DNA from: Octopus bimaculoides
Taxonomy: Eukaryota
Assembly: GCF_001194135.2 (NCBI RefSeq)
Contig: NC_068987.1
Coordinates: 4,853,564 to 4,917,563, forward strand
Reading direction: 5' to 3'
Length of the DNA: 64,000 nucleotides
The notes below the pieces were generated by a model, which saw only the letters and a program-made list of their open reading frames with translations, searched no databases and was not told where the DNA came from. The translations under genes and the position numbers were made by a program. Shown here piece by piece: positions 38,632-53,600 of the stretch (its first letter is position 1; every line of letters starts with the position of its first letter).

Positions 38632-41600
38632 TCAGAGCCCACTGTGACTCCAGATTTTATTGTAATAAAACTACATTTCTACACACAGAGTAAATGTGGG
38701 AATTACATATTTTTATACTTTCTATTTTTAAATACTGACATGAAAACAGAGGTTTAATCCAACATAGCATCCTGCAATCATTCCCCCCCCCCCNNNNNNN
38801 NNNNNNNNNNNNNNCCCCCCAATCTTCTCATATCTTACTCCAGTAAGCTCCAACTACTTGGATCCAAACACATTTACTTGACCAATTCTCACTCTTCCCC
38901 ATCCTATGTCCATACCAATGCAGTCTTGCAATATTTTCCCTACTCTACAATGTTCAGTAGAAATTTTTTTTTACCAATTTATCTCATTCTGAAACTAAGG
39001 TAAAATTAACTTTTTATTGCTATTATCTTATTTTATCAATCTTAGTTGTTAGTTAGAAAGGGTGTAAGGTTAAGAAAAAAAGCAAAATGGGTGTTAGGTG
39101 ACATTAATGGACTCCTGGCTAAAATACCAAATAGCAAACTTTGCTGCAATTAAATCATGTTTTTCTGCCTCAAAGCAACAGATATAAACCTCTTTGCCTT
39201 GGTTTACCTCACAGAAAATATGACATAACCCTCTTATTATTTCACAGATGAATGAAGAGCATTTGGATTAATATCCAAAGAACAAAATTCAAAACTTGAA
39301 TAAGTTATATAAATCCTCCACCAATAATATCAATAATATATAAGTGAACAGCACTCAACACATTTAGTAGAAGTTAACAGTATAACTCAAGCTCCACATG
39401 ACTTGAAGTTTCATGGGTGGGACACCTCCATCTCATCAGATGCTAGGAGCAGAAAGAGATTTCTTTTGAGAGAAATTCAAAGTGGGTTCTAGGTGTAAGA
39501 CCTTTATTGGTCAGCTCAGGTTATCTAGAAACTGTCTTCAATGTCTTTCAAAAATTCTCTCATTCTGCTCCTAGCATCTGATAAGATGGACTTGTCCTAT
39601 GTGCTCATGAAACTAAGTCATGTGGAGACGAGTTGAAGTTATTATATTTATGTATGATTGTTAAATTTAATTTTATTCAAAAGATGTTGAAATTTGGTTT
39701 TTGTTGAAATGAGGCAATTGTTTAAAACAGTGAGAGGCAAATGCGTGGAGAAAATAATACAAAAAACTCCTTTGTTTATATACAAGTCAAACAAATTCAT
39801 ATAAAGTTTCTCATGTACATGTGTGCATATATGTGAAGGCAGGTGGTTCAGCAGCTAGGGGTATTTGGATCTCAACCAGAAGGTTGTGAGTTTGATTCCC
39901 AGCACTGCACTGAATCCTTGAGCAAGACACACTATTTTGTATTGCCCTAGTCCACTCAACTGGAAAAAATGAGTCGTTCTTGTATTTCAAAGGGTCATGC
40001 TAAATCTCTCTGAGAACAACGTTATCAGTATGCATGTCTGTGGAGTGCTCAGCCACTTGCATGTTAATTTCAGGAGCAGGCTGTTCCATTGAGAGGATCA
40101 CTCAACTGGAACGCTCATTGCCATAACTGATGGCATCAAAGTCATAGGTACATATAACTATGGTCACGGAACAGAGCACAGGCAGTAAAACCAGACACAT
40201 TAGCAAATGAAAGCACATCTATATGTTTAAAACATATTTATATACAGTTGATTAAAATATATCTTAAGCATGTAGATATGCTGTAAGCATATAAATCTAC
40301 TTTTTCTACATATTAAATTACAACCATATCTTTTACTTTTTTACCAATTGTAGCAACATAATGAATAACAAGGTTGGGGGGGGGGAGCACTGAATTAAAT
40401 GAGAAACAGTGAATAACAAAATAAGGGCTGAAGCTATTTCTAATTTGACCAAACTTTAAAAGTAAAAAACTTAGATTTTGTTATGAAATAATGCAAATAT
40501 TTTTTACAGTTTATTTTATTGTTTTATGGTGAATTTTCTTACAGTGAAAATTCCTATAAGCTAAAAACAAAAAAAAAGAAATACAATGGCAGCTGATCCT
40601 AACCAATGGTACAGACAAGTGGATTCTCTACAGCAAAAAGCAGACAAGCAAAAAAATACATGGCAGCCACTAGTTTGGTACCAATGAATCTACCATTCAC
40701 TCCATTTACAAAGTGTGTAGAGAAGATCTATTTATCACTGCGATTTTTGGAACCAAACCCCGATGAAAAATGAGAGTAGATGTATCCTTAAATAGTTAAC
40801 TTTTTGTAATGAAGAATTAACATCAATGTTTGATTAACTTTGGTGATTTTATAAGAATGAAGTAATAGTGTTGTGACATTCATGCTGTATTGAATGGTAT
40901 AGACATTGTAAGATAACTAGAAACAGGTTATAGATTCAGCTTGTCAAAAGCTTACCCCTGTGGATCTTGCTAATAGAGAAGTGAAAATGTATGTCACTAG
41001 GATTATGTTTAACAAGCTATGTCATACATTCCAATTGGGAATTGAGAGCAGTTTGCAAGATTGGTTTTTGTTCTTTTAGCTAGAACTAACCACCATTAGT
41101 AAACAGAAACAACTGTTAATTGTTCCAGCCCTTTTCTTTCACACTTTATTCCCTCTCTACTCCACATTCTCCTAGCATGAAGCTGCACACGCCACCCCAC
41201 ACATTCAGGGATTGTAGTCTTGCAAGCAAGATGCATGGTAACAACTCCACTAATGCTGGTGGCGCACACAAAATAAAAAAAAAAACTAGCACCCAGTACA
41301 CTGTGATGTGATTGACATTAGGAAGTGGCTCCGGCTGTGCGAACCATGGCAAAGCTGACACTGGAGCACAATACAATCCCTGAATCCATGGATCCTGTCA
41401 CACCATCCAACCAATGCCAGCATGGAAAATGGGTGGTAAATTATGATGAGGATAAAATATTGGTTTGAAATTTTGGCACAAGGTTAGTAGTTCCATGTGC
41501 CCTTATATGGAAGAGATAAACAATGTTGCACAGAATGCTTAAATCTACATTTTTAAAAAATTTAAAAGAGGAAGGGCAACAACTAAAAATGTTTTAAATA

Positions 41601-44600
41601 ATTTCTTTGAAATGGCTTCACACACCAGAGACCCCAATTAATTAAACCTAGAAATAGGTAATACGGTGATGGTGATAGGAGCAGTGCAGAACCTAGTTGA
41701 GTGACAAATTGAAATAGACAAGACACAAGGAGAAGGCATTTGCATTAAAGCAATAATCATTAAATATAATTTATTTTAACAAATCAACCCCTACCTGCCC
41801 AACAAACCTACACAATACACACTAAGCATAAGAAGCAACCATGCAAAGAAAAGCTGTACAACTTTAGATCTTGATGCAATAAGCAATCCCTAATGGTATA
41901 CTACTGACATGGTTCACTGCAAAATCATAGAATGTTAATCAATTTTCAACAACATTTTATTTACATAATTTATTTTCACCAAAATAATGAAAAAAAAGAA
42001 AATATTTTTTCATTTAGCAATTATATTATGGAAGTCATGAGAGCTTTAAACAAGACATACACATATCTAACTAAATTTAATTTCGTAATGCAGAGTTGGC
42101 AGAATTGTTTGCATGCCAGACAAAATACTTAGCAACATTTTATCCATTTTTATGTTCTGCCGAGGTGGACATTACCTTTCATCCTTTCGGGACCGATGAA
42201 ATAAGTACTAGTTGAGCACTGGGGTCGATGCAATTAACTTACCCCACCCCACGAACTTCCTGGCCTGGTGATAAAATTTGAAACCCTTATTATCATCATC
42301 AAAGCAGCTGGTAGAATCGTTAGCACGCCTAACAAAATGCTCAGTGGTCTTTTGTCTGTCTACATTATGAGTTCAAAATGCCAAGATTGATTTTGCCTTT
42401 CATCCTTTTGGGGGTCAATAAAATAAGTACCAGTTGTGCACTGGGGTCAATGCAATTGACTAGGACCCTCCCCCAAAATTTCAAGCCTTGTGCCTATAAT
42501 AGAAATCTGCATTTGATTAATTATTCAACCAACTAACTCATTGGACCAAACAATTTATCAAAGTCCTTAAGTAGTCAACATTCACAACCTCATCAATGAC
42601 AAGCTCTCTCTCTCTTATGTTTACTGATAGTATTTCAAACTATAAAGTGTCAACAACACAATTCCACGTTTATAAAATGTGTTCCCCCACCCCTTAATCT
42701 ATCAATCAATCCTTGCTAGCATGGGGCTTCCATAGATATATAAATTTGAATATTTTGTTTTAACTAGAAGGGGTCATTATGCCAATAATGAATACACGCC
42801 CTGGTTATATTTCACTTCTTTATCCTTTATTTGTCTTTGGTTAATTATTGTCAAAGTCCTTTTATGTAACAGACAGACAAGACCTGAAGTAGACCTGGAG
42901 CAGAGAGGGCATGTCATTGAAGAGGTCACCAACAACAGCAAAAGGACTGACGAACCTGGCTGATTGCTTGCTTAACAGAATGATTAAATAATCACTTAGT
43001 TAATTAGCTTACTGGTTAACCAACTGACAAACAAATAATAAAGAAGTGAAACTGAACCAGTGTGTGTATTAATTATTGGCACAATGACCCTCCCAAGATA
43101 CAACAAAATGTGTTTCAATACACGAGTTCACAGCAAGAATCTTGCAAACCATATACAAAAATTGAATAATACTTATATAAATCATTAAATTTGCTCATTT
43201 TTTTCTTTGTTTTTAACCCCCTGGACATTCTTTTAAGATGGTAATTACTCATCTATAACAGTAATGGTATTATTTCACTTATCTTGATGCAAATAGAAAC
43301 TTAAATATGCTTTGTCTAAAGGCAGAAAAGATCTTCTATACTTTTAACTTTAATTATAATTCTGTTTCTATCAAGGGGCTTTTTAATATAATCAACAATA
43401 AAACTCAGGAAACAAAATATATATGCATATTGTTAAAAAAGGAGTTACATGCAAAATAAGTGGCAACTAGATGTGATAAGCTGGGAACCAAGATTATTTC
43501 TCTGTGAGATAGTTTTACCGTTTCATCAGCGGACATAGTTGTGTTTCACAAATTTTAAGGATCAATTTCTGAAATTTGTGTAAGTTAGTTAAAAGTGATT
43601 TTAGATCAGTGTTTTTATGGGTGATGGTCAAGTTTTTGAAAACTGCTCAATAAATTCTTAGAAAAAAAATTTTTTTTTTTGTATAAATTTACTAGCATTC
43701 AGATTGTCAAATTTAATGTTTATTTATTTACACTGTCTTGAATTAATTATGCATTATCTCGTAACTTCGAGACATCTATGATGCGACTGTTTATCTTTAG
43801 ACGAATGACAAAGTAAGATGCATTTGAGAGGTCAAATCTAGCCAGTTTAAATGCTAAAGGGTTAAATCTTTAACCTCATATATCTCATTTTTGATTCAAT
43901 ATCAGTGATCTTATTTTCTTGAAATGTGTGACAATATAAATTTAACCTTTTAATGTGATGGCTTTTTTTATAAGATATGGTGGAAATTTTCTATGTCAAA
44001 AATGTCATGTTTTTAAAACAATAATTCTGTAGCAGAAATAAACAAATATTAAAAATCTTATTGCATAAAATTACAATTCTTGCTAAGGAAAAAAGGGTTC
44101 AAATTAGATTTTACAGCTAATTATTGTTATTGTCACCTGAATCAAACTGGAAAATAAAAAGGGGATAAACCACTGATTTAAACTCACCTATTTTAGAAAT
44201 AAGTTAGGAATAACTTGAAAAAAAAAAAAAACAAAAAAAAAACTTTTTAATAACATGGATTATATAAACATTTAATTTGGCTAAATTACAGATTTAGCCA
44301 GATTTATATTGGTACGCAACATGCCTGCTGATATACTCAAGGTAATAGATTTTGGGGCATGAAGAGAAGGGAAAAAGTGATGGGATCTTGAGGGGTCAAG
44401 AATGAGAAAATTGGGGAAAAAAAATTATTAAAAAAAAAGATAAGGATTTCCAAGAATTCGAAGAAATAAAACCTAAAAAACTTACAACTTTTGTTTCCTA
44501 TAACAGAATAGAAAGAAAGGGAAATAATATAAATGTTATCAGAAATGAAAAAAAAAAGGTTAAGGAGTCTAGGTTTTCGGTTCAGGGTAAATTTCGGGGA

Positions 44601-47600
44601 GGGTAGCAAACAGAAGATAAATTTGAGACTTCAACAAACAAACATTCATTAAAAACAAATTGTGCAAATGAAAAATATGAAAAGCAGTAAATAAATTTAA
44701 CAAGAAATAAGTCGTTCTTAAAATCTATTTCAGCTGTGGTGCGATGTGAAAAGCACCCAGTACACACTGCAAAGTGGTTGGCATTAAGGAAGGGGATCCC
44801 GCTGTAGTGCCCCCACCACAACAACCATCACCAGCTTCTGTCAAATCAGCCAACCCATGCCAGCATGGAAAACAGGCATTAAATGATGATGATGATGATG
44901 ATGATGCAACGAAAACAGGATACAGTGCTTGGTTTCTGTACAATGCAGTGGACCCTCCAGATTCTTGTCTAACAACTGGCACTGGTGACTCATAGTGACA
45001 GAATCCAACGAGCTGCAGAGCCACCTCAGCCCCAAAAGTCTTGCGATTAAAATATGGTGAATGGAAACTATGCTGAATCCTGTTATATAGGTATATACAT
45101 ATGAACATATGTATCGCAGTATCAACCAGACCACCAAATTCTGTTAGACACCACTGGTCACAATGCAGCACTTCCAATTCTGTCTTGAGTGCACCATTCT
45201 TTTCCATCTTGACCCAAATTGCTTTTAACTAAATCGTCTTTCCATTGTCTTGGAGGCCTTTCGACTGGCCTTTTCCAGTCTCTTGGATATCACTTGGTAA
45301 CTGCACAAGTCCACCTGTGTTGTCTGTGAGATTTGTGACATGCCCAGCCCAGTGGAACTTGTGCTTTCAGTACTATGCAATCACATTGTCCACTTCACAC
45401 CTTTGTCAAATTATCTCGTTTCAAATGGGCTCTCATAATTATATTCCTTGCATGGATCTTTCTATGGCCCTATGCGGTGTAGCCAATTGATGTTCTCTCC
45501 TCTTCACAACCAGAGGCCATGTGTGTGTTTATATATACATCAAATTGGATATACCACCAATAAGCAAGGAAACAAAAATACATCAGCAACAAATTGCTGC
45601 TAAATCGGTGCATTAAAAAACAACACCTGATATTTGTTCTGCCCACTTTACACACAAACACTACCCTTGTCACTTTGTCCATTGGAAATGCAATGAACCA
45701 GTGATTTCCTGTCAAGAAATCAGGTTTCAACGATTCCCAAAATACATGAAATGAAGTCAAATAAAAAAAAATACAAAAAAAAAACTTTATCAAAAGAAAC
45801 AAAATATAAGAAACTTTAAAATACTGTAAAATAAAGATAGGAATGGTTATCGGCAAACAGCATGCAAACAAAGGAAGAACATTCATAAATTACCTCAACA
45901 CAAATTAGTAAATTCTTCAAACAAGAGACCCAAATTGAGACAATTATCAAGCACATGTTAAGGAACATTAACCTTCTAAAGCATTTCTTCTGAAATACGC
46001 TGCTTATGTGCTTCAATTAATTTTGAAAATAATCAACAAATTGGATGGAATTCACAAAATGACAGCTTTTTGATTAAACTGATACTTGAAACATAAAATG
46101 TTCTCAAAGAGAATCATGATGGAAGGATTTCATTTAGACATAATTTAAAAATAGAAGTTTTGTATCATATAACCTGAGGTGGTCTTGAGTGACCTCATAG
46201 CAAAAGAGTCAAAGGCTCTGTATGTTAAATAATGGTTTTATGAGGTCAGTTTCTTTCTGCATATTACTGGACTCTAGAAATATCTTCAATTCGTGTTGTG
46301 TCCACTTGTCAATGGAATTTTACTTTCATGTAGCAAAAAGTATTTCTTTGCTGTAAGCCCTACTGAGAAGGGCAGTAAGCTCTCTATGCGATGAATCTGC
46401 ATCCCAGTTTCAATTCCTGGTTGTAGCTATTTCTTGATCCTTGCACTGCTTAAGTTTTGTAAAAGGGTATCACACTATCAGATTTACAATTCCATATGTA
46501 TGTATACACACACACACATGCATGCATGCAGCCACACACACATGCATGCAGCCATACACACGTGCATGTGGCCACACAAACACACGCATGCAGCCACATA
46601 CACACTTGCATGTGGTGGCCACACACACATCATGCTTCAAATCTACTCAGAGAAGACAATGAGAAATTGAAAAAGTTTCACAATTTAAGCAAAAAACATG
46701 AAGTCCTACAGAAAGAGGCAAGAAAGTTATACATCTCTTCTCATTTATCACAAGTGTTATGTTCCAAAAAGACAGTGTTAAATGAACAACAGAGCATATA
46801 GGAAAGATAGGTTTCATTTCAAGGCTCCAAATTGTCTTGAGCATTGTGGATGGTCAACATTGCGGACTCACAGGAATGATTATTTACATCATTTACATTC
46901 GACGGATATTTGTCCTCATCTTGTTTGTTGTTAACACATTTCAGCTGATATACCCTCCAGCCTTCATCAGGTGACTTGGGGAAGTTTTGAACCTGGATTC
47001 TCATTCCTAAGGTATTTTTCGATGTTATTATTATTATTCAGGTCACTGCCTGGAATCGAACTCGGAATCTTGGGGTTAGTAACCCGCGCTCTTAACCACT
47101 ATGCCATATGCCCGTGGGCATAATAATAACAACAACATCGTAAAATGCCTTAGAAATGAGAACCCAGGTTTGAAATTTCCCCAAGACACCTGACGAAGGC
47201 TNNNNNNNNNNNNNNNNNNNNNNNNNNNNNNNNNNNNNNNNNNNNNNNNNNNNNNNNNNNNGGGGGGGGGGGTATATCAGCCGAAGCGTTGTGTTAGCAA
47301 CAAACAAGATGAGGACAAATATCCGTCGAACGTAAATAATGTACATAATTCCTCATCTCTTAAATATAGAACTGCACAGGAATGATGTTGGAGATTATAA
47401 AAACAAACAGAACCCAAGAAATAATTGAGGCACAAATTATTGAGTAATTCATTAGTAAGTAATGGAAGCAAGACGAAATAGAAAAAGGTGAGAAATGAGA
47501 AAGACAAGGACAGGTTTTTAAGCAAAGGCAGGAGAAACAAAGCTGCAAGCAATGAAGTAGGTCGTCAGGTAATTGTAGTTTAATTAAAAATTGTGAATAG

Positions 47601-50600
47601 ATTGCAACAATTACAGAGGGTAAAGGACTGCTTAGCATAATATTATGGTTATACCACCAGATTCCCTCAGGAATTCTTCAAATTTCAACTATCATGTCAA
47701 CAATCTATCTGTCTAGATTAATCTCAAAAAGATAAGGAACTATGATTCTTTAGCTTAACCTAAGGAAGCCCCATAAAATAGATAGTAGATTCCTCTCTTT
47801 GTTTCTTTTCTTTTAGATAATTAGGAATTATTTTTTTAACCATAAGAACAGTAGCCTGTGTGAGAATTTACATGCCACAATTTTCCTGAAGTTATTCATT
47901 GCCTCTCCTACCTATTAGGGTAAACCAAGCTTCCCCATGGTACTAGTTTACCAATAAATCAACTATTCTAGTAAGATTGCTTTTACCAAAGATACGGCAG
48001 AGCAAGTTATTGGGTACGAAGTCACCAGGCCTTCAGTGGCTTGCTAAATACGAAAAAGTTATTACCACAAAATTAAATGTAAACCAAATTCAAAAAAAAA
48101 AAAAGAAAAGGCACTCACCAACTACTCTGCTACCAACTTTGATAGGAATGTTCCAGTTCTCATAAAAAGCAACATGTTTAGCACCAAGAACTTTAGTGCC
48201 TTTCCCATCAAATTTTATTTTAAATTTTTTCTGAAAACAAAAGACAACAATAAGATTATAAAGCAGTAGCTAAATTCTGATTAGTTTGTCTATTTCCCCC
48301 CTTATTGTTTTAAAATTCCACTGCCAGTGCCACCTGACTAGCACCCATGCCAGTGGCACATAAAAAGTACCATTCAAGCGTGGCTGATGCCAGTGACATG
48401 TAAAGAGCACCATTCGAGTATGGCCAATGCCAGTGCCGCCTGACTGGCACCTATACCGGTGGTATGTAAGAAACACTATTTGAGCATGGTTAATGCCATG
48501 CCGCCTGACTGGCTCCCATACCAGGTGGCACATAAAAAAAACACCCACTACACTCTCAGAGTGGTTGGTATTAGAAAGATGAATTCAGGAAAATAATGGC
48601 CATGCACACACACATACACAAAAAGGATTACAATGTACATTATTTAACCCTTTAGCATTTAAACTGGCCAAAATATTCTAAATCAATTAGGTTCCTCACA
48701 CTTATGCTTTTAATGTCAATCTAAAAATAAGCAATCTCAGAGTAAGAAGTTAATGCATGATTAATTCAAAACAAGGTGAATAAATCAGCATTACATTTGA
48801 CAGAGAAACCTGAATGCTAAAGGGTTAAAAAATGGACAAAGAATCCACAGAATTATTCTCTGCAGAAATACATTTCTTCAAACACCAGTCAAATCAGATT
48901 TGACTTACCGATCGTTCTTTTTGGCTTACTTCCTGAACAATACCTTTATACCAGATATCATTCAACTTTTTAGCAAGTACCTTACTGCCAACACTGATAT
49001 CGAACCTGAAACAAAAAACAAAGTAGAATAAAATTTAATATTATTTTCAGGTTCACTTTTCCAAACTTGCATAGGTAAGATGGAATTTGCTGAGGTGGAT
49101 TTCTCTGCAGCAGATGACCTTCCTGTTGCTAACCCTCACCTGTTTTCAAGTAAGTTAATATTTCCTCATGACCAGACGTGTTGTCACAGAATATTACAGC
49201 TATCACTCAATGTCAAAGCAATGGGACGGTAACATACACGCACAATTTCTGTCTTACCAAATCCAAACTACTGAAATGGCACTCAGGTAAAACAGCAAGC
49301 CTTTTACATAACCAATTCCTAGTTTACTAACTGATCCAAATTTCTGCTGCCCTTTGGTCAAATGGTAGGTTTTCTCCAGCAGGCCACTGATTAAATATCC
49401 TTTTCTGTTGTAGGCACAAGGCTTGAAATTTGGTGGGGGGGGGGGATTAATTAGATCAACCCCTGTACGCAACTGGTACTAAATTTCTCAACTCCAAAAG
49501 GATGAAAGGCTAAGTCGAACACAGCGGAATTTGAACTTAAAATGTAAGGGTAGACAAAAACTGCTAAGCATCACACCAGGCGTGCTAACATTTCTGCCAG
49601 CCCGCCGCCTTACAGACACCTAGATATTCTTTTTTACTCTAGGCACAAGGCCCGAAATTTTTGGAGCGGGGCCCAGTTGATTAGATTGACTCCAGTACGC
49701 AACTGGTACTTAATTTATCGACCCCAAAAGGATGAAAGGCAAAGTCAACACCAGCAGAATTTGAACTTAGAACGTAAAGACAGACGAAATACCACTAAGC
49801 ATTTTGCCCAGCATGCTACCGTTTCTTCCAGATTAAATATTAAATTAGTTGATATAAATCCAGCTGGTTCCAGGACTAATCAAAGAAACAATCTCTATCA
49901 TCCCAAACCAGTGAAATCTTTTCCCAGCAGGCATTGGAACTTACCCTCACCTCTTTTCAAGCAAAGTAATATTTTCCCATAGCTAGACAGGTTTTACACA
50001 GAAAACTGGAAATGAGCAAATATCAGTTGCATGATGTCAAAACAAGGAGACACTCTCCTCCAAATTTAAATCTGAAATCCATCTTAGGAATGCCTCACCA
50101 GTTTTATGAATTGTTCTGGTACTTCTAGGATTGAAATGATTCAACACTGCTACACAAAGTGTCTTGTGAGGAGAAGACCTGACATAGACGATACGTGACA
50201 TCCCTGTTGATACAGGTTAACGGCTGCCCGAGCATAGTGTAACATCGGCCTGCCTGCATATGTCCACTGTTTAAGAGTCAAGCTTATGCTAAGAAGTTAT
50301 CACTCTCTTGAGAGAGATAGGAGTGGAGAAAGAGAAAGGCAGACAGAGATAGAGAGAGAGACTGAAGAAGAGATAACGAAAGATGGACTGATACTTACAG
50401 TTTACGGTCCTCGTCAGAGAATGGCTTGTGTAAAGACTGATTGACCTGGCAAAAATAAAATTATCAATGAAACAAACAAAACATAAAAATCTCAATGACA
50501 TATCAACTTGTAGTGGTCTACATAGCTAAATAATTGAATGATCTCCCTTGCAAGAAAGACTATAGAGTAACCTCCCTTCTCTAAGTTTCTCGAAGCATCT

Positions 50601-53600
50601 GTGTCATTAGACCTGATCCTTAATTATTCAAAAAGCTTAGCATTTCTCTTGGAAGTTTCTAGAATGTCTAGCGTTCCATTAATAAAAACATCTTGCTAAC
50701 CCAGCTTTTCGCTTCTTAGTCAATTAGACTTAGAGCCATTCACGTCATTACTATGTCTGTCTATTTCTCTATGCCACGGGACTGATAAACCACCACTTAG
50801 CTGTTATTTCTACATTTTCTACCGCTAAACTTTCTTGCATAGATTACTTCACTCTATTCCTTCAGCATGCAAGTGACAAGGATCCCATATTTCTGCCAGT
50901 TGGCCACAGATTTACTCATTTACAGTTGAGTGGATTGAGTGAATGTGAAACGAAGTGTTTTATTCAGATACACAATGAATCGCCCAGTCTGGGAATTGAA
51001 ACCAGTCTTGCGACCATGAGTGAAAAGACTCTGACCACTAGGCCACACACCTTTTGAATCCCATGTACTACTACACCTCTTCAGAGTTTGATGTAAAAGA
51101 AAAATTTCAAGACAAAACCTACCTGAGAAGGCATCTGTTTGTTCAGTGCTTCTGTTAGTGCTGCTCTCAGTGAGTCCATGTTGGAAGCATTGTTCATGGA
51201 AGGATTTCTGTGATAAAAATATTAAGACCGTGAACAAGAAACATTACTGCTTGTTATTAAGCGGACATGCATAACGTGTGCATAAAAGGGAAGACAGATA
51301 TAAGCCAGCAGGTGTAAGATAGATACAAGAGTCAGGTAGACATGCAGAGGGGTACTGGCATCGGCCACATTCAGTTGGTGCTTTTTACATGCCACCAGCA
51401 CATGGGTGAAGACACTTGCATAAAGTGAAGGGAAGTTGGGGAAGAGGGAGACCCAGGAGGACATGGAATGAAGTATTGAAGGCCAATTTCAAAATGCCAA
51501 GCCCAAGGGAGATGACAGACAACCAAGATATGTGGTGCATTGCTGTACTCGAGAAAACCTGCCCACCACAACAGAATTAAGATTGTAAAAGCAAAGTGCC
51601 ACATGAAAAGCATTGAGGTTATTCATCTCAGCCCTTTCTGTTCTCACCCAACACCTTCCTCTCCACTTAGCTTCCTTGTATTACAAAGATGCAAGGCAAG
51701 GTAGATAACCCAACAGATTGTGTGAATAACTACAAGAACAATGCAGCAGCATTACGTTAGAACTCAATTCTTGGCTGAAAAGACAACAGCAACGTGAAAT
51801 AAAGTACCTTGCTCAAGGATACAATGTGTCATGTGGTCCAAGAAATGAACACACAACCTTATGATGAAGAGCCCAATACTTTATCTACATTATTTGTTGT
51901 CGACTAATAAATAAATAATATATGTAGCGAAGGCCTAGCACCTGGTAAGCACCCAAGCCATGGTTTCCCTGAAATCATCGGATGCAGAATGGTGGACGTG
52001 AAGTATTTCAGCAGACAAACTTACTGAGTCAATGGCAAACATCATTAAATGCTAAACAGATGAAGAGACAAGAAACTGTCAATGGCTAGGATCAACCAGT
52101 TCAGTTAACAAACTTCTGCTATCATCTGTAGTTGTGGCGTGCACAGATGAGATATTTCAGCTAGTGAAAAACCAACATGGTTAATTGGTGTGGGCAATTC
52201 TTGAATTCAAATCCGAATTCGAAATTAAGAAATGCAAAGAAGACAGAGTTCATCATCATCGTCGTCGCCGTCCACCTTCCACACTGGTATGGGTTGGATG
52301 GTTTGACAGGAGCTAGCCAGGCAGAAGACTGCACCAGACTTCTGTGACTGTTTTGGTACGGTTTTTACAGCTGGATGCCCTTCCTAACACCAACCATTTA
52401 TTATTTCTTTTTATCAACAAAGTTTGTAAATTATGTATAGCACCATTTCATTCTTTTTAGAAAACTTCAGTATGATGTGTAATCAATAAACTCACGTTGC
52501 TGACTGCTGATGCGGTCGGTTGGCAACAAGGTCAGGTTCAAAAGTGGTTTCGATGAATTCCACTTCATCGTCGTCACTGATTTCTACTGTTTCCACATTG
52601 CCGCCAACTTTCTCTTCAGATTCTCTGTAAGAACAAAGTGAAGTGAAAACAAAATCACCAGAAACTCATAACAGTATAGAAAGGAACGATTATTCTTTGA
52701 TCATCAATGGGAGAAAAAAAAAAAGAATTATTTTACTTCTTAAACTAATAAAAAGTTGAAAAAGAGAGAAAGCAAGACAAGAAGAAAAAAGGAGACAAAA
52801 CAAAACTAGAAAGAAAGAAAACAAGAAAAAGAAGGAAAGGAAAGAGACAAAGGGGGTAAAGAAAGAAAGAGACTTGGTTGCTATTTCTAGCAAGTGCACA
52901 CTAGCGGTTCTGAACCATTTTTTTTATCTCTGGACCCCTTTGAATATTACTTTATTCTGTTGGAAACCCACAGCCATTCAATGTTTAAAAACTAGTTCCA
53001 AAGATACTTCCTTTAAAATTCTTATTTTGTTTTCACACATTCACTTGCATAGGTTCCAATAATGTAAAACATCAGATCAAAACTTTACGTGGACCCTTAA
53101 AATACTACTGTGGATCTCCAGTTTACTCTTTTGCAAGCAATGGACTCCCAGGGGGGTCATGTGGACCTCAGCTGAGAACCACTGACAGACTTTGAATACA
53201 GATAAGATATGTAGAGGGGATGAGAGATGAGACTGAATTACTTTCATGTTCAGCTTCAAGACTTGTTTGGTACCTGAAACTCTTTATTGTAGATGCTTAT
53301 CATAATCTAAAATACATTAAAAGACTCTACTTACATGGCTTCAGTTGCTTCCAGTGTAGCACGGAATTTGGCTAAGAGGTTAGTACAATCAGAAAAGATT
53401 TTGCTAATTTCTCTCTGTTTTCCTGAAATTAAAAGTAAACATTATCTGCGTTACTGATTATGCAGCAAAAGGACTTTTTCTTTTTTTCTTTTTTAACTGT
53501 CCTTGTTTGTCCCCTCTATGTTTAGCCCTTTGTGCGCAATAAAGAATACAGAACTTTTCAACTGACTTGGCCTAAGATTATAATACAATAAAAATAACTA

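Noticed and set aside
47986-48045. Candidate 57-nt exon in SETDB1 intron 8
   Set aside because: Only open in phase 0, whereas the intron is phase 1 (stop in that frame).
49051-49074. Plus-strand 24-nt pseudo-exon with strong splice sites, antisense to SETDB1
   Set aside because: No partner exons or ORF found; expected by chance in AT-rich DNA.
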